Sequence record: SRR2962707_3586
Strand: one strand, 5' to 3'
Length of the DNA: 30,042 bases
Shown here: positions 6,837 to 16,147 of the stretch, piece after piece
How the letters are laid out: each line of letters begins with the position of its first letter
Numbering within the stretch: position 1 is the first letter of the stretch
Made by a program: the position numbers and the translations under genes
Notes under the pieces: generated by a model
Databases searched by the model: none
The model's input: the letters and a program-made list of their open reading frames with translations, nothing else
Told to the model about the DNA's origin: nothing

Positions 6837-9490
6837 CATCTCATAATCCACCGAAATGGGCTGAGCGATTTTTCAGCTGGATCTGCGCGCGCACCAACCT
6901 GGAAGGACTGGAAGGTGACCTGTTTGAACTCTACGAGAGACGCGTCATGAGACAAGGCCCACGAATCGCCAATCTCTTTTACATCATAGACATTATCACA
7001 CTGATGAGAGGATCAGTGATCGAATTCAAGGTATTAAACTCAAAATCAACGACAATGGGAATGTTATCCAACTACATCAAAATAGCCTTTAGGGCAGGAT
7101 CAAGAAATAAATTATTTGCGTCAATCAACCTGTTTGGGTTGACACTAGGAATCACCGCGGTGCTTTTCATCAGCATATACCTATGGAATGAAACCCACTA
7201 CGACTACTATCATCAAAATGCTGACAACAAGTTTCGACTGTACAATCGAATGGAGCGTGACAATGGAGAAAATAACCTGATCGCCACGATACCGCCTCCA
7301 ATAGCGGGTGCTTTGGAAGAGAATTTTTCACAGGTCAAACAATCAGGTAGGCTCTTCGCGGATTATGGAGGCACAATGTTTCGGGTAGGAGAAAAGGTCT
7401 TTTCAGAAGACAATGGCTACTATGCTGAATTGTCTACACTGGATATCCTGGATGTTGAAATCGTAGCTGGAAGCTCTGAAGGCTTAGAGGAGCCACGTTC
7501 ATTCCTTGTTTCCGAAACCCTGTTTGCAAAGTTCTTTGGTGATGTTCCCTTCGATAACCAGACCGTACAACTCGGAAGCACTTCCTTCGCTATTGTCGGT
7601 ATTTACAAGGACTTTCCTACTCGTTCACACATCCGACCTGATTACCTGGTTTCATTTGGGTTGCTAACAAGTCAAACACCGGAAGCCCGAATGAACAGTT
7701 GGTTGTGGCACCAATTTTACGCTTATGTGGAATTAGAAGAGGGTGTGAACATGGATGAATTTGTCAATGACGTGAACACGTTTGTGGCCGAACGGTCTGC
7801 GGAAGACCTGGCAGCCTATGGATTTAGCTACAAAACGAATTTTCAGCCCATTAAAGAGGTTCACCTTCATTCTACGGACTTCAATTCTGACCTGGCCGAT
7901 AGAAACAGCTATCAGAATGTCTTGTTTTTGGCCATTGCAGCTATCGTGATCTTATTTATTGCCGCATTGAATTTCATCAATCTAACTTCTGCACAAGCAA
8001 TCAAGCGTGCAAAGGAAGTTGGGATCCGCAAATTTGTGGGAGCAGCGAGACGTCAGGTATTTATGCAGCATTGCGTAGAATCACTAGTCTACGTAGGAAT
8101 CGCAGGCGTGCTAAGTCTTGGGTTGTTCGTCTTGGTTTTGCCAGCATTCAATCAATTCACAGAGAAAAGCTTTATGCTGACCGAATTGCTCAGCATTGGG
8201 AATGTGATCATTTACTTCCTCTTTCTTATCGTTCTTGGGTTTCTGGCGGGTATTTATCCTGCGATGATTTTAACCAGAATCAAAGCCATCCAAATTGTAC
8301 GTGGACTCAAACTACATCATGTAAGAATTGGAAAGCGGTTGGCCACTTTCGATCCTCGTCAGTTGATGGTTGGCATTCAATACATTCTGAGTATTGGACT
8401 GATCATCATATCAGCGGTCGTTCACGAGCAGTATCAATACATGCGTAATGCTGACCTTGGATTCAACAAGGAGAATCTCATAGTAATAAACACCATCGGT
8501 GACATGCGAAGGGATATGGAAGCAACGCGAAATGCTTTTAGCGCTCATAGCAATGTGAAAAATGTCACGTTTAGCTACAGTCTCCCGGGCGGAATAGTAG
8601 CCGGAGATGGAGTAATTATACCGAGACTTGGTCCAAAAGATCAGTCGGCCAGTCTTTTCGTGACCGATCACGATTTCCTCAAGACTATGGAGATGGAATT
8701 GGTTGCCGGCCGTGATTTTCAGATCGAAAATAGCTCAGATCACGCTCAGGCATTTATTTTCAACGAAGAGGCGGTGAGAACCTTTGGACTTGGTAGCCCG
8801 GAAGAAGCCATTGGTGAAGTAGTGCATTGGACGCATTGGAACTACCCTGATTCATTGAAGAGGGGGAGAGTTATCGGTGTGGTCCGTGATTTCAACACCA
8901 AAAGCATGCACGATGATATTGCACCGACGGTGATCCATTTGATGGATTCCTACATGCCCAACATGATTGTCCGAATTGGAGATGGTGAACTTAAACCTAC
9001 CATCGAATTCCTCGAAGAGACTTATAAAAGATATGCACCACAAAGGCCTTTTGAATTCACCTTCCTGGATAAAACTTTCGATGAGTTCTATCAGAAGGAA
9101 CAGAAAATGGCACAGCTGTTTACACTCTTTACGGGTTTATCCATCGTAACAGCATTGATTGGCTTGTTTGGACTAGTTAATTTCAACATCAGCAATAGAG
9201 GCAAAGAATTGAGTATCAGAAAGGTGCTTGGCGCAGGAGGAGCATCCATCTATGGGTTACTGATTAAAAAGTATGTATTGCTGGCAGTGATATCAATCGT
9301 CCTGACGGTACCCATGGCATACTATCTATCCGTACAGTGGCTCGGAAATTTTGCCTTTCGCATTTCACTGGATGCCTGGATTTTCATCAAAGTATTTCTT
9401 CTAATTATGGCCTTGACGTTGTTAGTTGTTAGTTGGTATGCCATCAAAGGAATTCGAACCAATCCTGCTGATAAACTAAGGGCGGATTAA
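6833..9490 (+). CDS. MacB/FtsX-type ABC transporter permease with an N-terminal permease-prefix extension
   Basis: MLSNYIKIAFR canonical start after a PPKWAERFFSWIC..LEGDLFELY prefix; two FtsX repeats (RAKEVGIRKFVGA, RGKELSIRKVLGA); ends NPADKLRAD; 4-bp overlap with padR. Confidence 0.92.
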   Translation: MTSHNPPKWAERFFSWICARTNLEGLEGDLFELYERRVMRQGPRIANLFYIIDIITLMRGSVIEFKVLNSKSTTMGMLSNYIKIAFRAGSRNKLFASINLFGLTLGITAVLFISIYLWNETHYDYYHQNADNKFRLYNRMERDNGENNLIATIPPPIAGALEENFSQVKQSGRLFADYGGTMFRVGEKVFSEDNGYYAELSTLDILDVEIVAGSSEGLEEPRSFLVSETLFAKFFGDVPFDNQTVQLGSTSFAIVGIYKDFPTRSHIRPDYLVSFGLLTSQTPEARMNSWLWHQFYAYVELEEGVNMDEFVNDVNTFVAERSAEDLAAYGFSYKTNFQPIKEVHLHSTDFNSDLADRNSYQNVLFLAIAAIVILFIAALNFINLTSAQAIKRAKEVGIRKFVGAARRQVFMQHCVESLVYVGIAGVLSLGLFVLVLPAFNQFTEKSFMLTELLSIGNVIIYFLFLIVLGFLAGIYPAMILTRIKAIQIVRGLKLHHVRIGKRLATFDPRQLMVGIQYILSIGLIIISAVVHEQYQYMRNADLGFNKENLIVINTIGDMRRDMEATRNAFSAHSNVKNVTFSYSLPGGIVAGDGVIIPRLGPKDQSASLFVTDHDFLKTMEMELVAGRDFQIENSSDHAQAFIFNEEAVRTFGLGSPEEAIGEVVHWTHWNYPDSLKRGRVIGVVRDFNTKSMHDDIAPTVIHLMDSYMPNMIVRIGDGELKPTIEFLEETYKRYAPQRPFEFTFLDKTFDEFYQKEQKMAQLFTLFTGLSIVTALIGLFGLVNFNISNRGKELSIRKVLGAGGASIYGLLIKKYVLLAVISIVLTVPMAYYLSVQWLGNFAFRISLDAWIFIKVFLLIMALTLLVVSWYAIKGIRTNPADKLRAD

Positions 9491-9508
9491 GCAGCATCCT
9501 AAATAATA

Positions 9509-9555
9509 TGTAACCTTTTGGTTTCTTTTATTATATTTGTAACCAAAAGGTTTCA
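9509..9555 (+). promoter_or_regulatory. Two near-palindromic operators TGTAACC-N4-GGTTTCW flanking/overlapping a -7 box
   Basis: TGTAACCTTTTGGTTTCT 9509-9526, TATATTTG 9532-9539, TGTAACCAAAAGGTTTCA 9538-9555, directly before the arsR ATG. Confidence 0.7.
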
Positions 9556-9559
9556 TATT

Positions 9560-9880
9560 ATGCGTAGAGATGTTTACCAGGCCATAGCAGATCCAACTCG
9601 CAGGGAGATAATCGGGATGCTATCACATCAGTCATTAAATGTGAATGAGCTGTCGGATAATTTCGACATGAGTCGACCTGCAGTGTCCAAGCACATTCGG
9701 ATTCTCAAGGAATGTGGATTAGTGAAGATTCAGAAGCAGGGCAGGGAGAGGTTCTGTCATGCAAATCTTGACGGGCTGGCTGAGATCGCCCTATGGGTAA
9801 ATCAATACCGAATGTTCTGGAATGACAATCTTGATCGATTGGAAGCCTTGCTCTTAAAACAAAACCAACAATCATCATGA
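9560..9880 (+). CDS. ArsR/SmtB-family regulator
   Basis: MRRDVYQAIADPTRREII...MSRPAVSKHIRILKECGLV; real start is probably ATG 9560, downstream of the promoter. Confidence 0.92.
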   Translation: MRRDVYQAIADPTRREIIGMLSHQSLNVNELSDNFDMSRPAVSKHIRILKECGLVKIQKQGRERFCHANLDGLAEIALWVNQYRMFWNDNLDRLEALLLKQNQQSS

Positions 9881-10317
9881 CAGAAGCACAAGGAAACACT
9901 ATTTATCATGATTTCATCATTGAGGCTACTGCGGAGCAGGTCTACAATGCTGTATCAGATCCCAAACATCTGATCAATTGGTGGCCTCAGAAATGCACCG
10001 GTAGACCGGAAGAAGGCGAGGAGTACAACTTCTACTTCACACCGGAATACGATTGGTATGGGGAGGTCAGTAAGGCAGACCCCAATCGTTCATTCCACAT
10101 CAAGATGACCAAATCTGACAAAGATTGGGACCCAACTTCTTTTGGATTTGATCTGAACGAATCTGCCGGGAAGGTAGACGTAAGCTTCTGGCACAAAGAC
10201 TGGCCTGAGTGCAATCAGCATTTTAAGTTCTCTTCATTTTGCTGGGCCATCCTGCTTCAGTCACTAAAAAATTATGTAGAGAAAGGTGAAGTGGTGCCTT
10301 TCGAAAAACGATCTTAA
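9877..10317 (+). CDS. SRPBCC (AHSA1-like) domain protein
   Basis: IEATAEQVYNAVSDPKHLINWW ... WAILLQSLKNYVEKG; 4-bp overlap with arsR. Confidence 0.88.
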   Translation: MTEAQGNTIYHDFIIEATAEQVYNAVSDPKHLINWWPQKCTGRPEEGEEYNFYFTPEYDWYGEVSKADPNRSFHIKMTKSDKDWDPTSFGFDLNESAGKVDVSFWHKDWPECNQHFKFSSFCWAILLQSLKNYVEKGEVVPFEKRS

Positions 10318-10337
10318 ATACTCAAAATCAATAAATC

Positions 10338-10865
10338 ATGGACAAATACGGACAGCTCATTTCTCCAACTACACTTCAATTTGTAAGGAACATGCCAGGT
10401 GCCATCGAGCAGGTGTGGGAGTTAATAACCGATGGTGAGAAACGCAAACTTTGGTTCGCAGGAGGGCCAACGGACCTATCACCGGGTGGTGATATGAAAT
10501 TGGTCTTTCATAATTCAAAACTCAGCTCACCGGCAGAGCAAGTTCCTGATAAGTACAAAGAATATGGGGATGGTTTCGTTTCAGCTGCCAAAGTGATTAC
10601 TTGCGAAGCGCCAAAGCTATTTGTAATCGAATGGGAGGGACGGGTCACTTTTGAGCTGGAATCTATATCTGTCAACGAAACCCGCTTGACCCTCACCCAT
10701 GAAAAACTACCTAAGGACAATGAAGTACGCATCGGTACACTGGCGGGATGGCACACCCATTTGGATATTCTGGAGCAGGCAGTTGCCAATAACCCGCACG
10801 AAGGTGGTTTCTGGACCTTGCATATGGGTTTAGAATCGGAATACGGTGAACGAATCGAGGAGTAA
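10338..10865 (+). CDS. SRPBCC (AHSA1-like) domain protein
   Basis: LQFVRNMPGAIEQVWELITD..RKLW ... TRLTLTH ... AGWHTHLDIL. Confidence 0.88.
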   Translation: MDKYGQLISPTTLQFVRNMPGAIEQVWELITDGEKRKLWFAGGPTDLSPGGDMKLVFHNSKLSSPAEQVPDKYKEYGDGFVSAAKVITCEAPKLFVIEWEGRVTFELESISVNETRLTLTHEKLPKDNEVRIGTLAGWHTHLDILEQAVANNPHEGGFWTLHMGLESEYGERIEE

Positions 10866-12068
10866 TTATTTGCCTGTGGCTTTGAATAGCCAGAGACAAA
10901 AAATAACCAGATAGCCAATGGCAATTCCAAGCCCTGTGGTGGATGGAAAGAGATAGTAGATCAACCCTGCTGAGGTGAATACCCGCACATATTCAGCTGG
11001 AATCCAGCTCTTTCTGTTCTCCATCAGAATACCCAATTGCGCAACGGACCAAACAATGTAGCCCGCAAATGCCATTTTGATAGGCAATTCATAAGTGGAT
11101 TGTGTGAAAAGGAAATAGGAGGTAAACACCAGTACCACAATGAAGTTGATAAATACATACCGGATCATTGGCATGAATGGATGTACGTCGAATTTGTGAT
11201 AATTGGCTTTATCCACTTCCGGAGCTGGCTGATAGCCTCCAAGTTCAGCTGGTTGCCATCCTGGCTTGTAAAAGAGCACCTTAAGTTTATTTAGAAATCC
11301 AGGTGTAGCCGAAACCTGCCTGGTCATATCTACAATTGGCAGCACATTGGCCCAAACCGGGTTCCAGGTATTGGTAGGCTTAGTTACGCCATAGGTAGGC
11401 TTTTCTTCTTCTTCCTGAAAGGTACCAAACATCCTGTCCCAAATCATAAGGGTGCCCGCATGGTTTCTATCGATGTATTTAGGATTCCGTCCATGATGTA
11501 CCCGATGATGGGAAGGCGTGTTGAAAAGAAACTCAAACCAGCGAGGAAGCTTCTTGATCGCCTCGGTGTGGATCCAGAATTGATAAATGAGATTCAGTCC
11601 CTTGACAGTTAAAAATGCATAAGTGCTGAAACCAAGAAATGCCAGTGGGAGGTAGAATAGCATGGAGAAGATGCCCCCAAATGAAGCTTGTCGGAGGGCA
11701 ACCGATAGGTTATAATCTTCACTCTGATGATGGACTACATGAGCGGTATTCCACAAAAAGTTGATCTCATGGCTGGCACGATGAAACCAATAGTACATCA
11801 AATCAACCAGCACAAACAAAATGAGCCATGTCCACCAGTTATCAGGTATCGTAGCAATAGACCAGTATTGAAAAACATATTGATACATCCCGATGGACAA
11901 GACTCCCCATGTAGCTGCGCTGATCTGAGAAGTGATCCCACAGCTAATGTTGGAAATTGCATCGTTGGTGCGATACAGCTTTGTTTTCTTCACCAGTTGA
12001 AAGATCAATTCAAAACCGATCAGGGTAAAGTACAAGGGGATCGAAAGGATTACGGGGTTGATGTCCAT
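10866..12068 (-). CDS. Sterol desaturase / alkylglycerol monooxygenase-like membrane di-iron enzyme
   Basis: His boxes HRASH, HVVHH, WIHTE, HHRVHH; WDRMFGTF; multiple TM helices. Confidence 0.88.
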   Translation of the reverse strand: MDINPVILSIPLYFTLIGFELIFQLVKKTKLYRTNDAISNISCGITSQISAATWGVLSIGMYQYVFQYWSIATIPDNWWTWLILFVLVDLMYYWFHRASHEINFLWNTAHVVHHQSEDYNLSVALRQASFGGIFSMLFYLPLAFLGFSTYAFLTVKGLNLIYQFWIHTEAIKKLPRWFEFLFNTPSHHRVHHGRNPKYIDRNHAGTLMIWDRMFGTFQEEEEKPTYGVTKPTNTWNPVWANVLPIVDMTRQVSATPGFLNKLKVLFYKPGWQPAELGGYQPAPEVDKANYHKFDVHPFMPMIRYVFINFIVVLVFTSYFLFTQSTYELPIKMAFAGYIVWSVAQLGILMENRKSWIPAEYVRVFTSAGLIYYLFPSTTGLGIAIGYLVIFCLWLFKATGK

Positions 12069-12072
12069 CTGT

Positions 12073-12120
12073 CAAAAATAACGAATGGCCTTCTTTATTT
12101 CACTGGCATAAATACATTTG
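12073..12120. promoter_or_regulatory. Back-to-back -7 promoter boxes, each 4 nt from its start codon
   Basis: Minus strand: TATTTTTG (12080-12073) ACAG ATG. Plus strand: TACATTTG (12113-12120) CGCC ATG. Confidence 0.65.
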
Positions 12121-12124
12121 CGCC

Positions 12125-12541
12125 ATGATAAAAGCCGTCAAAGTCCTTAACCTGATTTCTACCTTACTCTTTGCAGTCATTCTATTGGCAATCTATGCCT
12201 ATCTACCTATCAGTGTAGACCTCAATATGCAAGGGATGAGCGACATGCACAAGCAGGATTTCTTTTACAACACATTGATCATTTTCCTTGTGTTCAATAT
12301 CCTGTTACGCCTCATTATTAAGGTAGGGCTGAAGAACTTAAGACCACTATTACACGCCTGGTCCAGTGGCTTAATATTTATCATGAATTTCTACCTCACC
12401 CTGATCATTGGATTCATAGGCGTGTGGAATAATGCCTCCTCAATAGCCCCCGGAGATTACGCTTATTTGAACTTCATGGGACCCGTTCTCCTAATAATTT
12501 GGGTGATTGGTCTAATTTTTTTAGTATTTAAAAAAGCATAG
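12125..12541 (+). CDS. Hypothetical 4-TM membrane protein
   Basis: Four hydrophobic segments; promoter box immediately upstream. Confidence 0.75.
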   Translation: MIKAVKVLNLISTLLFAVILLAIYAYLPISVDLNMQGMSDMHKQDFFYNTLIIFLVFNILLRLIIKVGLKNLRPLLHAWSSGLIFIMNFYLTLIIGFIGVWNNASSIAPGDYAYLNFMGPVLLIIWVIGLIFLVFKKA

Positions 12542-12666
12542 AACTCACTCTTTTTCAGATTCTTAAATTGACTTATTTCAAGTAATGATACCTCTGAGGG
12601 GTAGGTTGTTACGTGTAAGTATTGGATTTTTGTAATTACTTTGGATTTTGAATTAGTCGACCAATT

Positions 12667-12738
12667 CGTCACCCTGAACTTGTTTCAGGGTCTTATAATG
12701 ATAATCGATTATAGATGCTGAAATGAATTCAGCATGAC
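12667..12738. repeat. CGTC-tagged REP-like palindromic doublet
   Basis: GTCACCCTGAACTTGTTTCAGGGTCT (12668-12693) and an inverted related unit (12713-12738; reverse complement GTCATGCTGAATTCATTTCAGCATCT), each with a perfect 7-bp stem. Confidence 0.8.
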
Positions 12739-12763
12739 TTAGAAAATTTAATAAGTATTATAA

Positions 12764-14626
12764 ATGGCTGAAGCGATTTATACCGAGGATAGCATTAAAT
12801 CCCTGGATTGGAAGGAGCACATCAGGCTTAGGCCCGGGATGTACATTGGTAAGTTGGGAGATGGCTCTTCTCCGGACGATGGGATCTATGTGTTGGTGAA
12901 AGAGATCATCGATAACAGCATCGATGAGCACATGATGGGACATGGACGAACCATTGAAATCAAGGTGACTGATCATCGTGTAACAGTACGGGATTATGGT
13001 CGTGGTATTCCACTTGGTAAAGTCGTTGACTGTGTGAGCAAGATCAACACCGGAGGTAAATACGATTCAGGAGCTTTTCAGAAATCTGTAGGATTGAATG
13101 GTGTGGGTACAAAAGCAGTGAATGCGCTATCTAATTATTTCAAAGTCCAAAGTTATCGCGATGGTGAAACCAAACTGGCGGAGTTTGAAAAAGGGGAGAT
13201 CACCAATGATCAGAAAGTAGAAAAATCCGAGGGTAGAAATGGAACGCAAATCATCTTTGAACCGGATGGTACCGTGTTCAAGAATTATCATTTTATTCCG
13301 GAATACCTAGAGAACCTCATCTGGAATTATGCCTACCTAAACGCCGGATTGACCATCGTGCTTAATGGAAAGAAATTCCATTCTGAAAATGGTTTGAAGG
13401 ATCTTTTGGAGAGAAAAGCCGATTTGGAAAATGTTCGTTACCCTATCATCCATCTGAAAGGTAACGACATTGAATTGGCACTGACACATGCGAATCAATA
13501 TGGTGAAGAATACTACTCATTCGTAAACGGTCAATACACCACGCAAGGTGGTACACACCTGGCCGCATTCAGAGAAGCGATCGTAAAGACCGTTCGTGAA
13601 TTCTACGGTAAGAATTTCGAAGCTTCGGATGTTCGAACGGCAATCGTTGGAGCTATAGCAGTGCGAGTACAGGAGCCCGTTTTTGAAAGCCAGACCAAAA
13701 CCAAGCTCGGTTCTCAAAATGTAGGTCCGGATGGCCCAACCATGCGAACGTTTGTCAATGACTTTATCAAAAAGGAACTGGACAATTTCCTTCACCGAAA
13801 TCAAGAGGTGGCCAATGCTTTGTTGAAACGTATTCAACAATCCGAAAGAGAGCGAAAGGAAATAGCGGGCATTAAAAAGCTTGCAAATGAGCGAGCTAAA
13901 AAAGCCAACCTGCACAATAAGAAACTGCGCGATTGCAGACTTCATTTCAACGACAAGAAAGGGAATGAAGAAATGAAGGATGAAACGATGATTTTTATCA
14001 CGGAGGGAGATTCAGCGAGTGGATCAATCACCAAGTCCAGGAATGTGCAAACACAAGCAGTCTTTTCATTGCGAGGTAAGCCGTTCAACTGCTTTGGTCA
14101 CACCAAGAAAGTGGTTTACGAAAACGAAGAATTTAACCTCCTTCAGCATGCGTTAAACATTGAGGACGGACTAGAAGGATTGAGATACCGAAAGATCGTC
14201 ATTGCTACGGATGCCGATGTGGATGGTATGCACATTCGTTTGCTTTTGCTAACATACTTCTTGCAGTTCTTTCCAGAGTTGGTGAGAAACAATCATATTT
14301 TCATTCTGGAAACACCGCTATTCAGGGTTAGGAATAAGAAAGAAACGATCTATTGTTACTCGGAAGAAGAAAAGCAAAGAGCAGTTGCCAAGCTGGGAAA
14401 TAAGCCTGAGATCACACGATTCAAAGGATTAGGAGAAATCTCGCCTAATGAGTTTGCCGGCTTTATTGGTGAGGACATACGATTGGAGCCGGTAATCCTG
14501 CAAAAGGATACCAAAATTCAGGATTTGCTAACATTCTACATGGGTAAAAACACTCCGGACAGACAGCAATTCATCATTGAGAAATTAAGGGTAGAAAAGG
14601 ATTTGGTTGAGGGAGAGGCCGCCTGA
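12764..14626 (+). CDS. parE: DNA topoisomerase IV subunit B (Bacteroidota type)
   Basis: [54 protein letters not shown]; 620 aa; paired with the A subunit downstream. Confidence 0.93.
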   Translation: MAEAIYTEDSIKSLDWKEHIRLRPGMYIGKLGDGSSPDDGIYVLVKEIIDNSIDEHMMGHGRTIEIKVTDHRVTVRDYGRGIPLGKVVDCVSKINTGGKYDSGAFQKSVGLNGVGTKAVNALSNYFKVQSYRDGETKLAEFEKGEITNDQKVEKSEGRNGTQIIFEPDGTVFKNYHFIPEYLENLIWNYAYLNAGLTIVLNGKKFHSENGLKDLLERKADLENVRYPIIHLKGNDIELALTHANQYGEEYYSFVNGQYTTQGGTHLAAFREAIVKTVREFYGKNFEASDVRTAIVGAIAVRVQEPVFESQTKTKLGSQNVGPDGPTMRTFVNDFIKKELDNFLHRNQEVANALLKRIQQSERERKEIAGIKKLANERAKKANLHNKKLRDCRLHFNDKKGNEEMKDETMIFITEGDSASGSITKSRNVQTQAVFSLRGKPFNCFGHTKKVVYENEEFNLLQHALNIEDGLEGLRYRKIVIATDADVDGMHIRLLLLTYFLQFFPELVRNNHIFILETPLFRVRNKKETIYCYSEEEKQRAVAKLGNKPEITRFKGLGEISPNEFAGFIGEDIRLEPVILQKDTKIQDLLTFYMGKNTPDRQQFIIEKLRVEKDLVEGEAA

Positions 14627-15129
14627 TGGAAAGATCTAAGTCGTTATCGATTCGGTCATTGAAGAGCTATAAAATCGCTATAGCTGTATTCATGTCAGCT
14701 GTGATATTGACTTACATTGTTTTAATGGGATTTTCGAATAACTCATCCAACTGGATCATTGCGATTGCTTACCTGTTGATGACCATATTCGTCTATATCC
14801 CACAGCAGAAAAAGGTGCTTTCGATGATGAAAGAGGTATCCTATGATACAGCCAACCTTTACGTGAAGGAAGGAGATATGGAGATTCAAATTCCTTTTCA
14901 TGAGGTAAAAGATATTGAGATAATGAGTCTTGGCGGGTTATACAAATTCACACTGTATCATCATGATCAATTTGGGAAGGAAGTGATTTGCAAACCATCG
15001 ATCTGGTATCCATTCAACTATAAACGTATTGATAAAGAGTTGGACCGAATCAGGTCAATGGTGCGAAAGGCTCATTATAATTACAAAGAGCAAATAGGAA
15101 TTGATAAAGGTTTGGCAAGCTTTAATTGA
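14626..15129 (+). CDS. Hypothetical protein, two N-terminal TM helices + soluble beta-rich domain
   Basis: TGATG coupling to the parE stop; hydrophobic N-terminus. Confidence 0.75.
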   Translation: MERSKSLSIRSLKSYKIAIAVFMSAVILTYIVLMGFSNNSSNWIIAIAYLLMTIFVYIPQQKKVLSMMKEVSYDTANLYVKEGDMEIQIPFHEVKDIEIMSLGGLYKFTLYHHDQFGKEVICKPSIWYPFNYKRIDKELDRIRSMVRKAHYNYKEQIGIDKGLASFN

Positions 15130-15203
15130 TTGCGGAAAAATTGCAATAATTATAAAATTGCAAAAAAATTGCAATAATTTAGTTATTGTAAAATAATTAC
15201 AAT
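15129..15203. promoter_or_regulatory. Array of three 19-bp palindromes (ATTGYAA-N5-TTRCAAT) at 28-bp period
   Basis: ATTGCGGAAAAATTGCAAT 15129-15147; ATTGCAAAAAAATTGCAAT 15157-15175; ATTGTAAAATAATTACAAT 15185-15203 (overlaps the satD ATG). Confidence 0.8.
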
Positions 15204-15828
15204 GAAGGGATATATACTGATGGCTGATGTAGTGGAGAGTTCCGGTCATTTCCCACCTAAGTTGATTCATGAACTAAAAAAGGTGGTAGAAGAGATAAAC
15301 CGAACGTATGACAAAGTACTTGTATCTCCACTGACAATTACACTTGGAGATGAGTTTCAAGGGATCATATCAACGCTACGAGATGCAATTGATGTAATGA
15401 TTGGGGTAGAGGAGAAGATCATTCATGAGGAGTTAGAATTCAAGCTTAGATATGTATTGTATGAGGGAGAAATTGAAACAGAAATTAATACAAAACAAGC
15501 ATACGAGATGCTAGGATCAGGTTTAACGAATGCAAGAAAGCAGCTGATTTCAATGAAAAAGGAGCAAGAGCGATTCTTAGTTTTTGTTGAAGATGAAAAA
15601 CAAGCGATGAGGCTCAATAAACAATTGAAGGTGTGGCAATATTTTATTGATAGTTGGCAGCCAAAAGACCGTTCTACTGTCGCAGGTTTTCTTTCCGGTA
15701 TGAACTACAAGGAACTTGCAAGTCACCTCGGAAAAGATGATTCATCTGTTTGGAGACGTAGAAAGAGCCTGGCAATTGATGAATATTTGACATGCAAAGA
15801 ATTAATTAGCGAAATGATCAATGGATAA
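15202..15828 (+). CDS. SatD-family protein (nucleotide-cyclase-like N-domain + C-terminal HTH)
   Basis: ILMADVVESS and SPLTITLGDEFQG motifs; C-terminal MNYKELASHLGKDDSSVWRRRKS HTH. Confidence 0.85.
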   Translation: MKGYILMADVVESSGHFPPKLIHELKKVVEEINRTYDKVLVSPLTITLGDEFQGIISTLRDAIDVMIGVEEKIIHEELEFKLRYVLYEGEIETEINTKQAYEMLGSGLTNARKQLISMKKEQERFLVFVEDEKQAMRLNKQLKVWQYFIDSWQPKDRSTVAGFLSGMNYKELASHLGKDDSSVWRRRKSLAIDEYLTCKELISEMING

Positions 15829-16147
15829 ATTCACTTACCATATATCTGTTTTTATAGCTGGTGAGATGTTGGCACTAATCATATTTTATTTGATAGCCAG
15901 GGGATTTTCAAGATCGATAAATAAAGGTGGATTGGTAAGAGGGTGGATTGAGCGTGCTTTTCTACTGACCGCATTGTTAAACCAGTTGCCCCAGGCTTTG
16001 ATACTGTTTGGTGCGTTGAAGATTGGTACCCGATTAAAAAAAGATGAGGATCAAGTGTCCAATGACTATTTCCTTACAGGAAGTCTAATTTCAGCTTTAA
16101 TGGCCATCATCTATTATTCAATTTTGGTGAATGTATTTAATATATAA
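15821..16147 (+). CDS. Small membrane protein resembling the C-terminal half of DUF3307/SatE-like proteins
   Basis: GWIERAFLL...ALKIGTRL...DYFLTGSLIS pattern; overlaps satD by 8 bp and is coupled to parC by TAATG. Confidence 0.65.
   Translation: MDKFTYHISVFIAGEMLALIIFYLIARGFSRSINKGGLVRGWIERAFLLTALLNQLPQALILFGALKIGTRLKKDEDQVSNDYFLTGSLISALMAIIYYSILVNVFNI

Noticed and set aside
15129..15203. 28-bp periodic repeats as a mini CRISPR array or iterons
   Set aside because: The 9-bp linkers are far too short for spacers, and there is no cas or rep gene. A dyad operator array fits better.
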